Under the pieces are notes generated by a model that was not told the DNA's origin, searched no databases, and saw only the letters and a program-made list of their open reading frames with translations. Shown one piece after another: positions 1 through 12,640 of a DNA stretch of 64,000 nucleotides (position 1 is its first letter; each line of letters opens with the position of its first letter). A program made the position numbers and the translations under genes. Source of the stretch: Camelus ferus (Eukaryota); NCBI RefSeq assembly GCF_009834535.1, contig NC_045697.1, positions 101,372,001 to 101,436,000 of the forward strand. The letters run 5' to 3'.

Positions 1-449
1 GGTAGCTGTCACCAATCCCATTCCCTTGACTCTTCTGCTGATAATGTACCTCTCCTATTTCCATGCGAGTACCCATTACTAGAACACATGTTCTGTCTTT
101 AGGTCGTATTACTTAAATTATTAATATTAATTCTTACTGCAACATCTCCCATTTTACTTTAAATGTATGCTGCATAAAAATTTTCTCTTCTGTGTTTATC
201 TTGGCTATTTTTTACACTTTTCATGTATTCCTTAGAATTGTAAATACATCATACTTTGAATTTAGAGTGGCTTCTATCTCCTAAGAGTTTGAAGCAATTT
301 ACATATATCGTGGCACTTAAATTTAAACACACATACACACTCAGCACTAGCCTCTGAACTGATTTTTACATATTTCACCGCATATTTTTTCATCTTTTAT
401 CTCACGCGATTGCCAAAGTCAAATGCTCAGACTCTAGGCTCTTTATTCT

Positions 450-590
450 CAATGGGTGTTCATAAACCAGCAGCCTCACCATGACCTGAGAGCTTATTAG
501 AAATCAGAATTCCAGGTACCATCCTAGACCAGCAGTAGACCAACAAGAACCTCAGGTGATCCGTAGGAATATTCAACTTCAAGAAACTTA
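450..590. mobile_element. MER5-like hAT-Charlie DNA transposon fragment
   Basis: 'cctgagagcttattagaaatcagaattccaggtaccatcctagacc...caacaagaacctcaggtgat' resembles the MER5A consensus. Confidence 0.65.
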
Positions 591-3471
591 CTTTAGATGA
601 TATATTCCTCTAAACTGAAGGCCTTCTTCAGCTAATTTATTTCTGTAGGTTCTGTGAAAGATACTTTTATCAATTTTACCACTTAGTGTTTTAGTCTGTT
701 AAAATTATTATTGAGTACTTCACTATCTCTGTCAGCTTTATTACCTGCAGTGTTACTGAATTGTGCTGAATTAACTACTGAGGACTTAAAAACAGCAGCT
801 TCCTTTCTAGGGCTGTCTGTAAAGCTCTTTGTTTGCAAGGTGCTGTATCCTCCACAAATGACTATAGATGCCATCAGTTGGAAACAAGCAGAGCTGACTT
901 GCTTTTACTCTGGCGTGCAGCCTTGTAAATGTCGAAGAGAGCTCCAAAATTAAAAGATCAATAGCAGAGTAGCTACTGTTTTCTCCAAATCCTGGGAGAT
1001 TTTATGCTACATTATAGCACAATGCTGATCTCAAATCCTTTTTGAATTCTTCTCAGATTTCCTTATTTCTCAGGTATTCACTTATAAGCTGCCCTTGAGT
1101 TTTTTGGCTTTTGATATAAGCTGACCTGAAACAGTTCTAGAAAAATATCTTAGTAGTAATACAGGATTTTGCTTCTGGCTAAAACTACCACCATCAACAA
1201 TAACCAAAATCATTAATTCGTAAAATCCTCATTCTGAAAGAAAACCAATAAAATGCACCTAAGCCATCCAAAAAACTCCTCAAACAAACAGAAATATCCA
1301 TATGGAAAACAATCAAAATAAGCTTTAAAAGAGTAAATTAATGCAAAAGAAAATCAATCTTAAAATAAGACAAATTTTGTAAGACAAAATTCTGAGCTGG
1401 TAGCTACTTTTTACTGTTGTAATGAAGCACCAGTACCCATATCTTGAAAAAACATGATCAGATTTATTTACCACATTATCTCTTTGCATTGGTTCTTGCA
1501 TGGATTTGCAAAATATGAGCTAGCTGAGGCAAACAGGTTAACTTATTTGAGTATATAGCATCAAGGAAGATCACTCTTAAAAATTTTTCCAATAGGAAAA
1601 TAAAGAATGTTTGAGAATGAGTTTGAGTTATTAGACAGTAAAAGAAAATTAATTTTAATTGTGTCGGCTGTGGTAACCATATTGTGGTTATGTAAGATAA
1701 ACATCCTTATCTTTTAGAAATGCAGACAAAAGTATGGGCTGAAATGTCAAAAAAGATTGCCAATTAGGACATACTAGTACATACCACCACCGGTAAAAAT
1801 GAAATAAAATAAAACTACCACTAACAAAAAGAAAAAGAGGGACATTAGGAATCTAGAAAAGATATTAATAATAGATACATTTTAATATCAATGCAGGAGG
1901 CTTAAATAAGCCATTAGTTCATGGGATTAAAAGGGACCAAAGAAAAACTTTTAAAAAATGTATTCATAATGTATTCATATTCAAAATGAATATTCATAAT
2001 ATAATTCACATTATATTTGAAAAATGCTATGGATACATTGTATTGGCCTCTTGCTCAAGCCAATTACTCTGATAACTTTTATGTGTTATTATTCTTAATA
2101 ATCTTAATCTTTAGAATGACAATTTAGGAGAGACATGAAGCACAATTTGCCTACTTTCATAACATTCTTGGCTTAGCTCAAGGAGAGGGAAGTTTTACAT
2201 CCCTCTACAGTCTTTCTGTTTCATCTTATATTTACTCCACCCCACAGGGTATGAAAAGATATTTTCACTAGTCAGATAGCCATATTTTATTTGTAGGTGG
2301 TTTCTGTGCCTAAACGCATTAATACAAGTGTAAAACTTAGTCCAAAAGCTTGGAAATTAACTGGCATTAGAAGAAAATTTTAACTAAATTAACTCTTACT
2401 TTCTACTCCTACTCTAGGAATCAACAATTTTGGTGGAGGATATAAACAACAAAACTAACACAGCAGGAAAAAATTTTACAATGCTGAAAGTACTCATGAA
2501 CAGAAAACCTGAACAATATCTAAATGCAAGAAAAAAAATCTAAAAAAAAGAAATTATAGTTGAATGTCTCCATGTTCCATTACAAAGTATTACAGAAAAA
2601 AAGGGGCTAAAAATAAAAAGTGTATGGTGCCCAATTAGGAGATTTCTGCTTCTGGTAGCAAAGACACTGGTAATTTTAAAAAGCCTCTGCTTCAAAACAT
2701 GTAGAATGTTTACTACAATATGACAAACACATTTTAAAATGCATTGTTGAGCTCACAGGAAATAAGAATGACCTTACAGTGCCAAAATGAAGACAGAGCA
2801 GAAACAACAGTAGCATCCACGTGCAAAAATCATGCGTGCCCCAGTGGTGTTTACTAATACGAGGATCTTCAAGATTGGATTTCAGTATCCTGACAGGAAA
2901 CATCAGACAAGACTTAAGGTTTGAAAAAGATGGGGAGCTGGAATTAAAAACATCAAAAAGTCCAAAAGGGAATAAAAAAAGTTTAAATGCCCTCTACCAA
3001 GGGGGAGTGACAAGGGGAAAATTATCTGTGACATCCCTAGCTTGGAGAAGAGAAGAAGAAAATCACTCTTCTAAAAATGCATAAATCATAGTCTTCACTT
3101 ATGATTAGGGAGCTTGGATTACACTGATTACAAATCCTGAAAAACTTCAAGCAGAGAAATTAACTTTAAAAAGCAAATTAAATCTCCTCCAAAGTAATAT
3201 AACCTCATTTCAGACCTCTCAGGATTCCCAGAATTTTTAAAAAGCCAAAAATGAGCTCATAATCCAAAATTATGCAACCTACAAGAAAATGGGCCTTCAT
3301 AAAGGAGGGTCCAAAGAAGCATCAAACAGCAGAATTAGACTGCCAAAGACTTCAGATTTTGTAACTCTCAGATAGACAACATAAAATAAATACACTAAAA
3401 ATCTCTAAATATATAAAAAAGGAACTAAAATCATATGAAAGGAACAATAGGGTATAAAAATCAACTGGACA

Positions 3472-3655
3472 GAATAGTTAACAAGATCCTACTATACAGC
3501 ACAGGAAAGTATATTCAATAACTTGTAGTAACTTATGATGAAAAAGAACATGAAAAGGAATATATATGTATATGTATATATAACTGAATCACTATGCTGT
3601 GTACCAGAAACTAACATAATATTGTAAATCAACTGTACTTCAACTGAAAAAAAAA
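3472..3655 (+). mobile_element. Younger lineage-type L1 3' end (5'-truncated) with A tail
   Basis: 'tatacagcacaggaaagtatattcaata...gaatcactatgctgtgtaccagaaactaacataatattgtaaatcaactgtacttc' followed by an A run; same family as the copies near 36750, 46640 and 63330. Confidence 0.85.
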
Positions 3656-3908
3656 TTGGAATTTTGAAAGACCAAAGGTAACTTCTGGAAAAAAAATAAA
3701 ATTGCAATCTCAATAGATGCATTGAATAGAAAACCAGGTACAACATCAGAGCAAGTTAATAAACTGAAAGATACACTTGAACAAATATATAAAACGCAAC
3801 AAAGAAAGAAAAGGTGATGAAACATATATAAGATGAAGGAGAGAATAAAAAGTTCTAACATGTGACCAGATTCTCTGAGGGGAAGATAAGAGAGAATGGA
3901 GAAGAGGC

Positions 3909-3965
3909 CAGGGCCAGACCTAGGGTGAGGTAAGTGAGGTAGCGAGGGCCAAAAACTAAAGTAGA
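3909..3965 (+). mobile_element. MER96-like hAT-Tip100 terminal fragment
   Basis: 'cagggccagacctagggtgaggtaagtgaggtagc' resembles the MER96 terminus. Confidence 0.5.
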
Positions 3966-4177
3966 AGTTTACTTTTCTTAAATTTTGCCACCTGGAAGGG
4001 CAATACCAAGAAAGTTAACTGGCTAAAAAGTTTTTCAGAATTGAAACTTGAGATCCAGAAAACACAATGTTTTCCAAGAAGGATAAATAAAAAGAAATTT
4101 ATCCTTAAAGACAATAGTAAAGCTGCGGAATACCAGAAACAAAGAGTACTGAACCAGTCATAAATAAAAAATACTTT

Positions 4178-4540
4178 AGGGGACACTTGGTTCCCCGCCC
4201 ATATCCTCTTTACCAGCCAGTGGACCCACACCTACCCTTCTCTTGATAGCTGTCTTCAGCTTCCTGGAAATGTCTCTGAGTTACCATACTCCTTCTGGGG
4301 ACAGCCCATCATCAAACAATGACTAATCAAAGGATATCAAAGGCTAGTCCTCTGCATCAAGGTGGGACATTTCTGCGATACCCTCAGGATGCAGAGCTTC
4401 CTGTGGCATCGATGATCTTTCACTAAATCCACATCTTTGACTAGCTGCTTTTTCTTTCCTATACTGCTTTCCTAATTTTCTTCTTCTGATTTCAATACAA
4501 AAAATCAAGAATCCCTATTGTGGGTTTGACTCGGAAGTAC
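4178..4540 (+). mobile_element. LTR16-like ERVL solo LTR
   Basis: GC-richer island inside L1, with 'ggggacagccc...tgactaatcaaaggatatcaaaggc...caaggtgggac...cagagcttcctgtggcatc' and a 3' end 'caagaatccc'. Confidence 0.6.
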
Positions 4541-6506
4541 ATTTACCAATAAGCAAATGATAATAAACAGCAGATTCTCAAAACAATGGATGCCAGAATA
4601 CTAAAGAATACATTTTAACTCTGAAAAGAATAGCTGTCAGTTAAGATTTCTATTCCCAAACTGTACTTTCAGGCAGAAGTGAAACAAATATTCAGACATA
4701 TCAAAGCAGAGCTTACACCAAGAGACCCATAATAAAAAAAAAAAAATCTGAAAGAAAAGATTTAGGGCAGAAAAAAAGATAATTGCAGGTGGGAAGTCTA
4801 AGACACAAGAGGGACTAGAGAAAAAAAATTAGTGAGCATGTGGGTAAACTTAATCAACAATGACTGTATTTAAAATAATATTAATAATAATGTTTAATTC
4901 AGTGAATAATAAAATAAGGTTGAATTAATTATTTCACAAAAAAAGAGAGGTAATTAAATTTAAGTTGTTATATCCTGCATTGTTGAGGAGTAGAAACTCA
5001 AGATGAATTAACTTTAGATTTTAAGAACGCAAACAAAAATTTTAAGGTCAGTATCTCAAAAACAGAAATCAAATATATTAACTTCAAGCCAGCAAAGAGG
5101 GAATGGAAGACTAGGAAACCTCAATCAGAAAGAAAGCTTAAGAAACTTCTGTTTCTGATAACAATAAAGTAACTGGTCCTGGATTCGTCCACTCAATATA
5201 AACAACCATAAAATTGGACAAAATATATAAGGTAAATCTTCCTGGGCATTATACAGACAGCACAGAACTGTACTTTATGAGTTAAGGGGAAACTCCACCA
5301 GTTCCCCAACACTCTCCTGAGGAGTAATTTTCCAACCTCAGTAAAGCAAGCTGGGATCCCAGCAAAGTACATGGCTTGCTGCCTTTAAAAGGCAATAATG
5401 AGAGTTCTGGGAAGCGGAAGTAGATGGAATACGCAAGACAAGGTGTCAGAAAGGAAGCAGTTGTGTGGAAGGGAAGTCTCAGATGTCTGGGTAGTATTCC
5501 CTGTAAGTTTTCAGGCAAAGACTGGGCTATACACGTGCAGCACAAGAAAACATGAGGCTTTTTAGAGAGTCACTGCCACTCGCTGAGAATGAAACAGAGA
5601 TATTAGAGGTCGAGCAGCGACAATGGATATTGGAGTCCATGCCAACCAGAGTGGACGTAGATCATTAACACCTCCTAATACTGTAACTTTTTTACAATGT
5701 CAGTATACATTAATTACTAGGAGTACAAAGAAAAAGTAAAATACGACATGTAGTAAAGGAAATACTTCAAAATAAACTAACTCAGAGATGACACAGTTCT
5801 TGCATATAACAGACAATGACTTTAAAGCACCTATTAAATACATATTCAAAGAACCAAAGAAAAATGTGTTCAGAGAATTAAAGGAAAACATAGTTTTAAT
5901 AAGAGAAAAAATAGTGAATCTCAGATGAGAAATGAAAGCTATTTAAAAAGCCAAACAGAAATTCTAGAACTAAAGAGAATTAATATGTAAACTTTAAAAT
6001 TTACTGGATCAGATTAATAGCAAGTTGGAGATAGCAGAAGAGAGTCAGTGAAGCTGAAGAGAAATCAATAGAAATTATGCAATCTGAGGAAAACAGAGAT
6101 AAAATGTTTGAAGAAATTAACCAAATTCCAGAGGCCTATAGGGCAGTATCAAACAATCAAACATGTATAGAAGTCTCAGACAGAAAAAAATAATAGTACT
6201 TAAAGGTATTTAAAGAAATAATGGCTAAAATATGCTCAATTTGATGGGAAAATAATAACTTATGGAGTCAAGAATTTGAGGAAGCCCCCCAAAAAGATAA
6301 AATCAAAGTACACCAAAGCACATTACAATCAAATTACTGAAAACAAAAGATAAAGCAGTCAGAGAAAAAGACACATTACTACAGGAAAAGGGATAAAGAT
6401 AACTGTTGACTTCTCATTTAAACAAAATAGTCCAAACAACCATGGAACAGCATCTTTAAAATGCTATTTTTTTTTTTTTTTTTTTACTTTAAGAATGTAA
6501 TGTCTA

Positions 6507-6647
6507 GGGGGTTGGGTATAGCTTAAGCAGTAGAGCACATGCTTAAGCTGCATGAGGTCCTGGGTTCAATCCCCAGTACCTCCGTTGGAAAACCAAATAA
6601 ATAAATAAACCTAATTACCTCCCCCTGCCAAAAAAAAAAAAAAAAAA
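6507..6647 (+). mobile_element. tRNA-derived SINE (camelid Vic-1-like) with poly(A) tail and target-site duplication (TSD)
   Basis: A-box-like 'tagcttaagcag', B-box 'ggttcaatccc', tail 'aaataaacctaattacctccccc' plus A run; TSD aagaatgtaatgtcta (6491-6506) / aagaatataacatcta (6646-6661). Confidence 0.9.
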
Positions 6648-7420
6648 GAATATAACATCTAGCAAAAATATACTTCAAAAATAAGGTGAAATAAAGACAT
6701 TTTATTATAGACAAAAGTGAAAAAATATTTACAGCAAACATAAACTACAAGAAATGTTAAAAAAAAAAAAAGGAAGGAAAATCATACCACATGAAATAGC
6801 AGATATACTTGAAGGAAAGACAAACGCTGGAAAAAATAAATAGTGGGTTATATAAGAGACTGTATTACTTTCCATATTTCTTTAAAAGATAGTTGTTTTT
6901 TCAAAAGCAATAATAATAAAATTGCAAGGTAGGATTTATGACATATGAAAAAATAGGGAATATGCAAAAAGCAGCACAATAGATGAGAGACAAGTAATGG
7001 AATTCTGTTGAATGAGTATAACATTTTGGAAAGGGGAAGTAGGAACCGGGAAGTAAGAACATCAAATATGAAGTAATAAGGTGGCATTGTGAAGAATCAG
7101 GCGATACACAGAGTAATACTGATTCTAACAGAATTCAAGGAGAGTTAAATCGTTCGAAGTTAAGGAGGGATACCGTTAATCCTAGAGCAAACACCACATA
7201 CATTTTAAAAGCATATGAAATGAGAAGCAAGAAAGGACATAAAATAATAGTATTAAAAATATTCAGTTAGTCCAAAGTAGTCAGGAAAGAAGCAACAACA
7301 ACAAAAAAAAAAAAGTAAGGGAAAAATGGAAAAAATATGAAGATAGACTTAAAAACAACAATATAAATAATTATATGAAATGTAAACAGAGAGAAAGAAT
7401 GAAAAGCAAATAGACTAAAC

Positions 7421-7635
7421 AAGGGATTGAGAAACCATGACCTGCAGGCCAAATTTTGCCCATTTATTTTATAAATATTTATTGAAAAATACCCTTGTCT
7501 ACCTATTTACACATCGTCTGTGGTTGCTTTTTGCTAAAATGGCAGAGTTCAGTGGTTACGACTGAGACCATATGACTTGCAAAGCCCAAAATGTTTATTA
7601 TCTGGCTCTTAACAGAAAATGTTTGCCAACCCTTG
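7421..7635 (+). mobile_element. MER58A-like hAT-Charlie MITE inserted at the start of L1 ORF2
   Basis: Termini 'aagggattgagaaacc'...'gtttgccaacccttg'; 8-bp TSD gactaaac (7413-7420) / gaccaaac (7636-7643). Confidence 0.85.
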
Positions 7636-9739
7636 GACCAAACACTCCAATTAGATAGCAGATTTTGCAAGACTGATTTTAAAAGCCAGATCCAACTATA
7701 TGCTGCCAACAAAAAAACTCAATTTAAATTTAAAGAAGATAAATAAGTTGAAAGTGAAAGGATGGGGAAAGATCTACAATGCAAACAGGAAGCATGAGAA
7801 AGCTGGTATCATTATATTACTATGAGACAACATAGATTTCAAAACAAATCATATTCCAATAGATAAAGATGGATGTTTCACAATGATAAAAGGGTCAATT
7901 TGTTTATCCACTTAATAATAAAAGTTCAAAGTTCATGAACCAAATACTGATAGAACTAGAAAGAAAAATAAGTCCATAATCATTATTGATTTTTCATATC
8001 CATCTCTCAATAGTTGATATAAGACAAAGAAAAGATAATCTTAACAACCTTAATCTTAACAATCTTAATAACCTTAACAACCAATAATCTGCACCTAACT
8101 GACAATTATAGAATCCTATATCTGACAGCTGCAGTACAGACATTCTTTTCAAGAACATACAGAATAGTCACCATGATACAATCAATGCCAGCCATAAAAT
8201 ATACCTCAATATATTTAAAAAGACTAAAATCTCAGGGTATGTTCGCTTCTCAAATTATGATTAAATTAAAAGTCTGTAACAGTTACCTAGTTATCCACAT
8301 AGAAAAAGAAATAATTAAAAATTAAATAATCCACTTCTAAATAACCCAAGGGCCAAGGAAAAAATTGTAAGGAAAATTAGAAAATGTTTCAAACTGTATG
8401 ACAATAAGAATACAACATAGCAAAATTTATGGGACATAACTAAAACAGTAGTTAGAAAGAGATCTATAGCTTCAAATAAATGCCCATTATTAGAAAATAA
8501 GATCTAAGTTTCTGGCTTAAATCCCTGAAAAAGGAAGAAAAAATTAAAGTAAGGAAAGAAATACTAAAAATCAGAACAGAAATTAAACATTAAATAGATT
8601 AAAAACAGAGAAACATTTTAAAAACACAAATTGGTTCTTTGAACAGTTTAATAAAACCGATAAACTTCTAGCAAACTAATCAGGAAAAAAAGAGGGGAAA
8701 CAAATTAAGAAAATCATTAATGACATAATGGATATTGCTAGAGATCCTACAGACCTTAAAGAAAAAAAGAAAAGTTACGAACAACTTTATGCCTATTAAT
8801 TCAATAACTTAGAGGAAATGCATATATTCCCTGAACAATCCAACTTACCAAAACCGAATCAAGGAGACAGAAAACTGGCATTCCTTCTACTAAAGAACTT
8901 GAATTCATAATCAGAAACTTTCTCACAAAGAAAGAAGACATAAAAAGAGGAGAAAAATATAAGAGAAAAAAAGAGAAATAGGAAGCACAAAATAATAACA
9001 GTAGGAATTTCAAATATATTAAGAAAGACACTACATAAAAATAGACTGAGTAAAAAGAGTAAAAGAAAGAGGTAGAGCCACATTACTATCTGATATCAGA
9101 CAAAATCCATGTGAAGCCAAAAAACAGTATTGAGGATAAGGAGATTTCTACTCAATGATAAAATATCCAATTCACCTGAAAATACAACAATGAACAATTC
9201 TAAAATCGTATTCACCTTGCTATATAAAATAAAAATTAATAGGATTACAAGGGCAAAATGAAATATTTACCATCACACTATCATAATGGGAGATTTTAAC
9301 ACATAACACTTCTTTTGAATTTTTGAGTACTCAATATAACAAGGAAACAAAAATTAATAAACATGCCAAATATCTAAAGGAAAATGATAGAAATATATTA
9401 TATATTAATAATATATAAATGATAGGAATGATAAAACCCTGTACTTAACAAAAGATAAAACTTATTCTTCTCAAGTATACATGGAATATTTACCCAAATT
9501 GGCTAAATATTAAGTTATTTTTAGACTATTCTTCTAATCACAATAAAAATAAATTAGAGATCAATCACAAAGATATCCAAACAATTAAGAAGACTCCAAA
9601 ACACTTTCTGATTTGTGTACCGTCATTTTAAAATGCATACTTCGATCATGTGGTTTAACACTGATCTCTTGAAGGTATCATATTAAAATATTTTGCATGT
9701 ACTACAAAAATTAATAATAATAAAAGGATGATAAAGCAG

Positions 9740-10222
9740 TGAAGAACAAGAAGACAGGAAAATGAAACCTAGAATTATGAACTGGATCTTGTTTCAGAAA
9801 AGGGAAAATACGCTTTAAAGAGCATTATTGGGACCATTAATGGAATTGGAATGAAAACTTCAGACTAAAGAAAAGTATTATATCAATGCTAAATTTCCTG
9901 AATTTGATAACTACACTATAGACATGCAACAGAATATTCCTATTCTTAGGAAATACTCATTGAAGCACTATGCATGCAACCCACTCGCAAATAGCTCAGA
10001 AAATAAGACATATTACACGTGTGCACACACATGCACATGCACAACTGTGCATGCATGTAATAAATAATAAAGCAATGTGCCAAAATGTTTTAAAAACTAA
10101 ATAAAAATTGAAATGTTTAAAAAATGAATCTAAGTAAAAGAGCATAGTGGTATGCACATTTGTTACTTTTTTGGGCAACTTTTCTATAAGATTGAAATTA
10201 TTTCAAAATAAAACATTTTTAG
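9740..10222 (+). mobile_element. L1MC/L1ME-type 3' UTR fragment
   Basis: 'cattattgggaccattaatggaattggaatg...aaatttcctgaatttgataactacact...caacttttctataagattgaaattatttcaaaataaaa'. Confidence 0.75.
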
Positions 10223-10449
10223 AGAGACAGATAAATTAGCCTTCTCCACCAGCACTTTAACTTTACATGTTACAAGAAAGCAGGTGCCATCGATTCCACA
10301 AAAAGGATTTTGTCATTAAAAAACAGGGGAAATTTAAATTCATAAATTTTACACATAGAAAACATAGATACTATCCTCTCCTTGTAATTGAGTTGGGAAG
10401 AGTTGTAATATATGAGATATATCAGAACTATCAACAGTACTTCTAAGAG

Positions 10450-10680
10450 AGACAGCGTAAGGAATTTAACTTTGAAGGCATACAGACATGGACTTGAACA
10501 CAGGAGCCAATGCTGACCACTGATGTGCCCTTGAGTATTTTTCTTAATCTCTGAGCTTTGGTGGCTTCATCTGTATCTTGGAGATAATGAGCCTACCCTG
10601 TAGCATTGTTGTGAGGATTAAATCACATGTAAAGAGTTAACATAAATTAAACACTTCAAACATGGCAGTTATTATCATAT
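10450..10680 (+). mobile_element. MIR SINE
   Basis: MIR core 'cccttgagtatttttcttaatctctgagctttggtggcttcatctgta...gttgtgaggattaaa'. Confidence 0.75.
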
Positions 10681-10689
10681 GAGTGATGC

Positions 10690-11690
10690 ACAGCTAGAAA
10701 TAGACAATAAGAGAATGATTCCACTGACAAATCCAGTGTACTCAGGCTACAGGTGTTAATTCTGTTCATAACACAAAAGAGTTATTGAAACATACAGAAA
10801 AATCATAACAAGAAAATCCAGGAAGATAGAAATAAATGTAGAAATTAGCACTGTCCTGATTAAGATTATTAACTTAAAATGTACATTAATCCCTAAGCAA
10901 GCATTTAATGTCATACCTCAGACAATCCCACAGAGATAGTATTACACAAGGGTGACACAATTCGTTTGGAAGAATAAGATAAAATGATATAAAAATAGCA
11001 TTAAAGCCCTGATGCAGTTACCTTATGAAATGCTAACCTACATGACAAAGTGAAAATCACTTAAACCATAAAGTATTTAACACAGAAAAATAAGTAGAAT
11101 AGAAAAGATAACCAAGAAAAGGAGTCAAATCATTATAAGACCCTAATAAATGTCAAATTAAAGTAACATCATAATGAATGAAAGAATCATTATTAGTCAC
11201 TGTCAGTGAAAACAGAGTGGAAAAGAATTGGAAATCCGTAATTCACAGCTTCATGGCTAAACATTTCAAAAGGATCAAATAATTTCAAAACAATTTTAAT
11301 ATAAAAGACTGAGTTTTTCTTCCCATCTGAGAATGAGATTAAAAACTTATGACTATTAAAGAGATGAAGGAAAATTATTAGACACAAGATAGTAAATACC
11401 TGTTAAAATTGCTTACTAAAATGTGATAAAATAAATGTAAAACTATACAAACAGAATGCCAATACACTGGTGGAAAAATTATTCTGAAAAATATTTAGGG
11501 AATTTGTAAGCGACCAACGGCCAGATTTCTCCAGAGAAGTGACAAAACAGATGAACTAATAGTATACAGACTGAAAAATACAAAGAAGAAATCATCTCAC
11601 AGGCTACAAATTACATGTGTAACACCATTATGATTGGAAGTATTCAGAAACAACCCAGCTGCCCAAAGAACGGGGAATAATTAAGGAAGC
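10690..11690 (+). mobile_element. Highly decayed L1 ORF2 3' portion
   Basis: A-rich, with remnants such as 'ggctaaacatttcaaaaggatcaaataatttcaaaa'. Confidence 0.5.
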
Positions 11691-11736
11691 CCTCATCTGT
11701 CTGAGTGGGGAACATGCAGGTGTAGTTTGCACTTCT

Positions 11737-11830
11737 CCATTTTACATAAAGGACTTGAGCATGCCCAGATTTTGGTATCCCCGAGAGTCCTCGAACCAAT
11801 CCCTCCATGGATACCGAGAGTCGACTGTAT
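11737..11830 (-). mobile_element. MER2-like TcMar-Tigger terminal fragment
   Basis: 'ggacttgagcatgcccagattttggtatcc...gaaccaatccctccatggataccgagagtcgactg' followed by TA. Confidence 0.8.
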
Positions 11831-12159
11831 TGTTTTTAAAAATGACAAGTGTCTGGAACAATGTATCTGTCTTCTTAGCGCTTAAACCCATCATTATTAA
11901 CTCTCACTCTCATTTGCCAACGATGTTACAACCAAAGTGTAATTGTGTGCTGCCTAAATAAATGTCTTATGGAGGATCCCCATCTCTCTTTTTCCTTCAG
12001 CTTTTTCTCATGCCTACTATTTAAACGTTTGCTTTCCCTTTGTTTCCTCAAAATAAATGTCTTGTTTTACATAAAATTATACAATTTACTTCTTGCTTAA
12101 TATCTGGTCTAACTCCCAGAATGAACCTGCTCCCTCTTAATTATTAGTGTTTATCCACT

Positions 12160-12390
12160 GGGACTGGGTTACACTGAGAGAGAGAAAACCAGGTGCCACG
12201 TACTTTTTGTGACCCGGCTTCAGAAGCCAGAGCTTCACTTCTGTCATTGTCTATTAGTTGGAGACCCTACTCACAGACTCCAGCTGTAGTAACAGATCCC
12301 ATCTTCAAGGGGAGGCACGTTAGTCATGTGAGAAGTACATGTGGGATAAGATATCTATATACTGGTGTGGTCAAAATATAATCTCTCATG
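12160..12390 (-). mobile_element. Old MaLR LTR fragment (MLT1J/K-like)
   Basis: 'tgacccggcttcagaagcc...cacttctgtcattgtctattagt...aaaatataatctctca'. Confidence 0.55.
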
Positions 12391-12509
12391 AACCCTGAAT
12401 AAAGGAATGGCAAATATATAATCTTGTCATTGATATTAAATTAAGAGGAATTACTAATGCTCTCAAAAATATTTTTTAAAATGATTAAAGCTCTTTTTCC
12501 TGATCATTA

Positions 12510-12640
12510 AAAGGAGTATGATGGTTAAGAGCATCCGCTTTAGAGTCAGACAGACTTGGGCTAGTTTCAAGTAAATTACCTAACATGCGGAATAGGAATA
12601 ATGATGCCTACTCTAGATGGCTGTTGCCACAAGCTAAGGG
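12510..12640 (+). mobile_element. MIR fragment
   Basis: 'tggttaagagcatccgctttagagtcagacagacttggg'. Confidence 0.7.

Larger units (their letters stand above)
2640..9600 (+). mobile_element. Cluster of old, decayed L1 (L1M-type) 5'UTR/ORF1/ORF2-endonuclease fragments interrupted by younger inserts
   Basis: A-rich + strand; ORF1-like 'aatagaaattatgcaatctgag'; ORF2 EN-like 'gttgaaagtgaaaggatggggaaagatctacaatgcaaac' and 'caatgataaaagggtcaatt'; many stops, no intact ORF. Confidence 0.85.

Noticed and set aside
683..953. Overlapping ORFs near the window start
   Set aside because: Short, no recognisable homology or convincing splice context, and flanked by L1/MER5 remnants
6507..6590. tRNA-like sequence with A and B boxes (also at 47320-47395 and 53191-53265)
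   Set aside because: A-rich tails, TSDs and multiple diverged copies identify these as SINEs, not tRNA genes
8036..8082. Short local tandem duplications (also about 16891-16928 and 33560-33610)
   Set aside because: Ordinary slippage duplications with no sign of function
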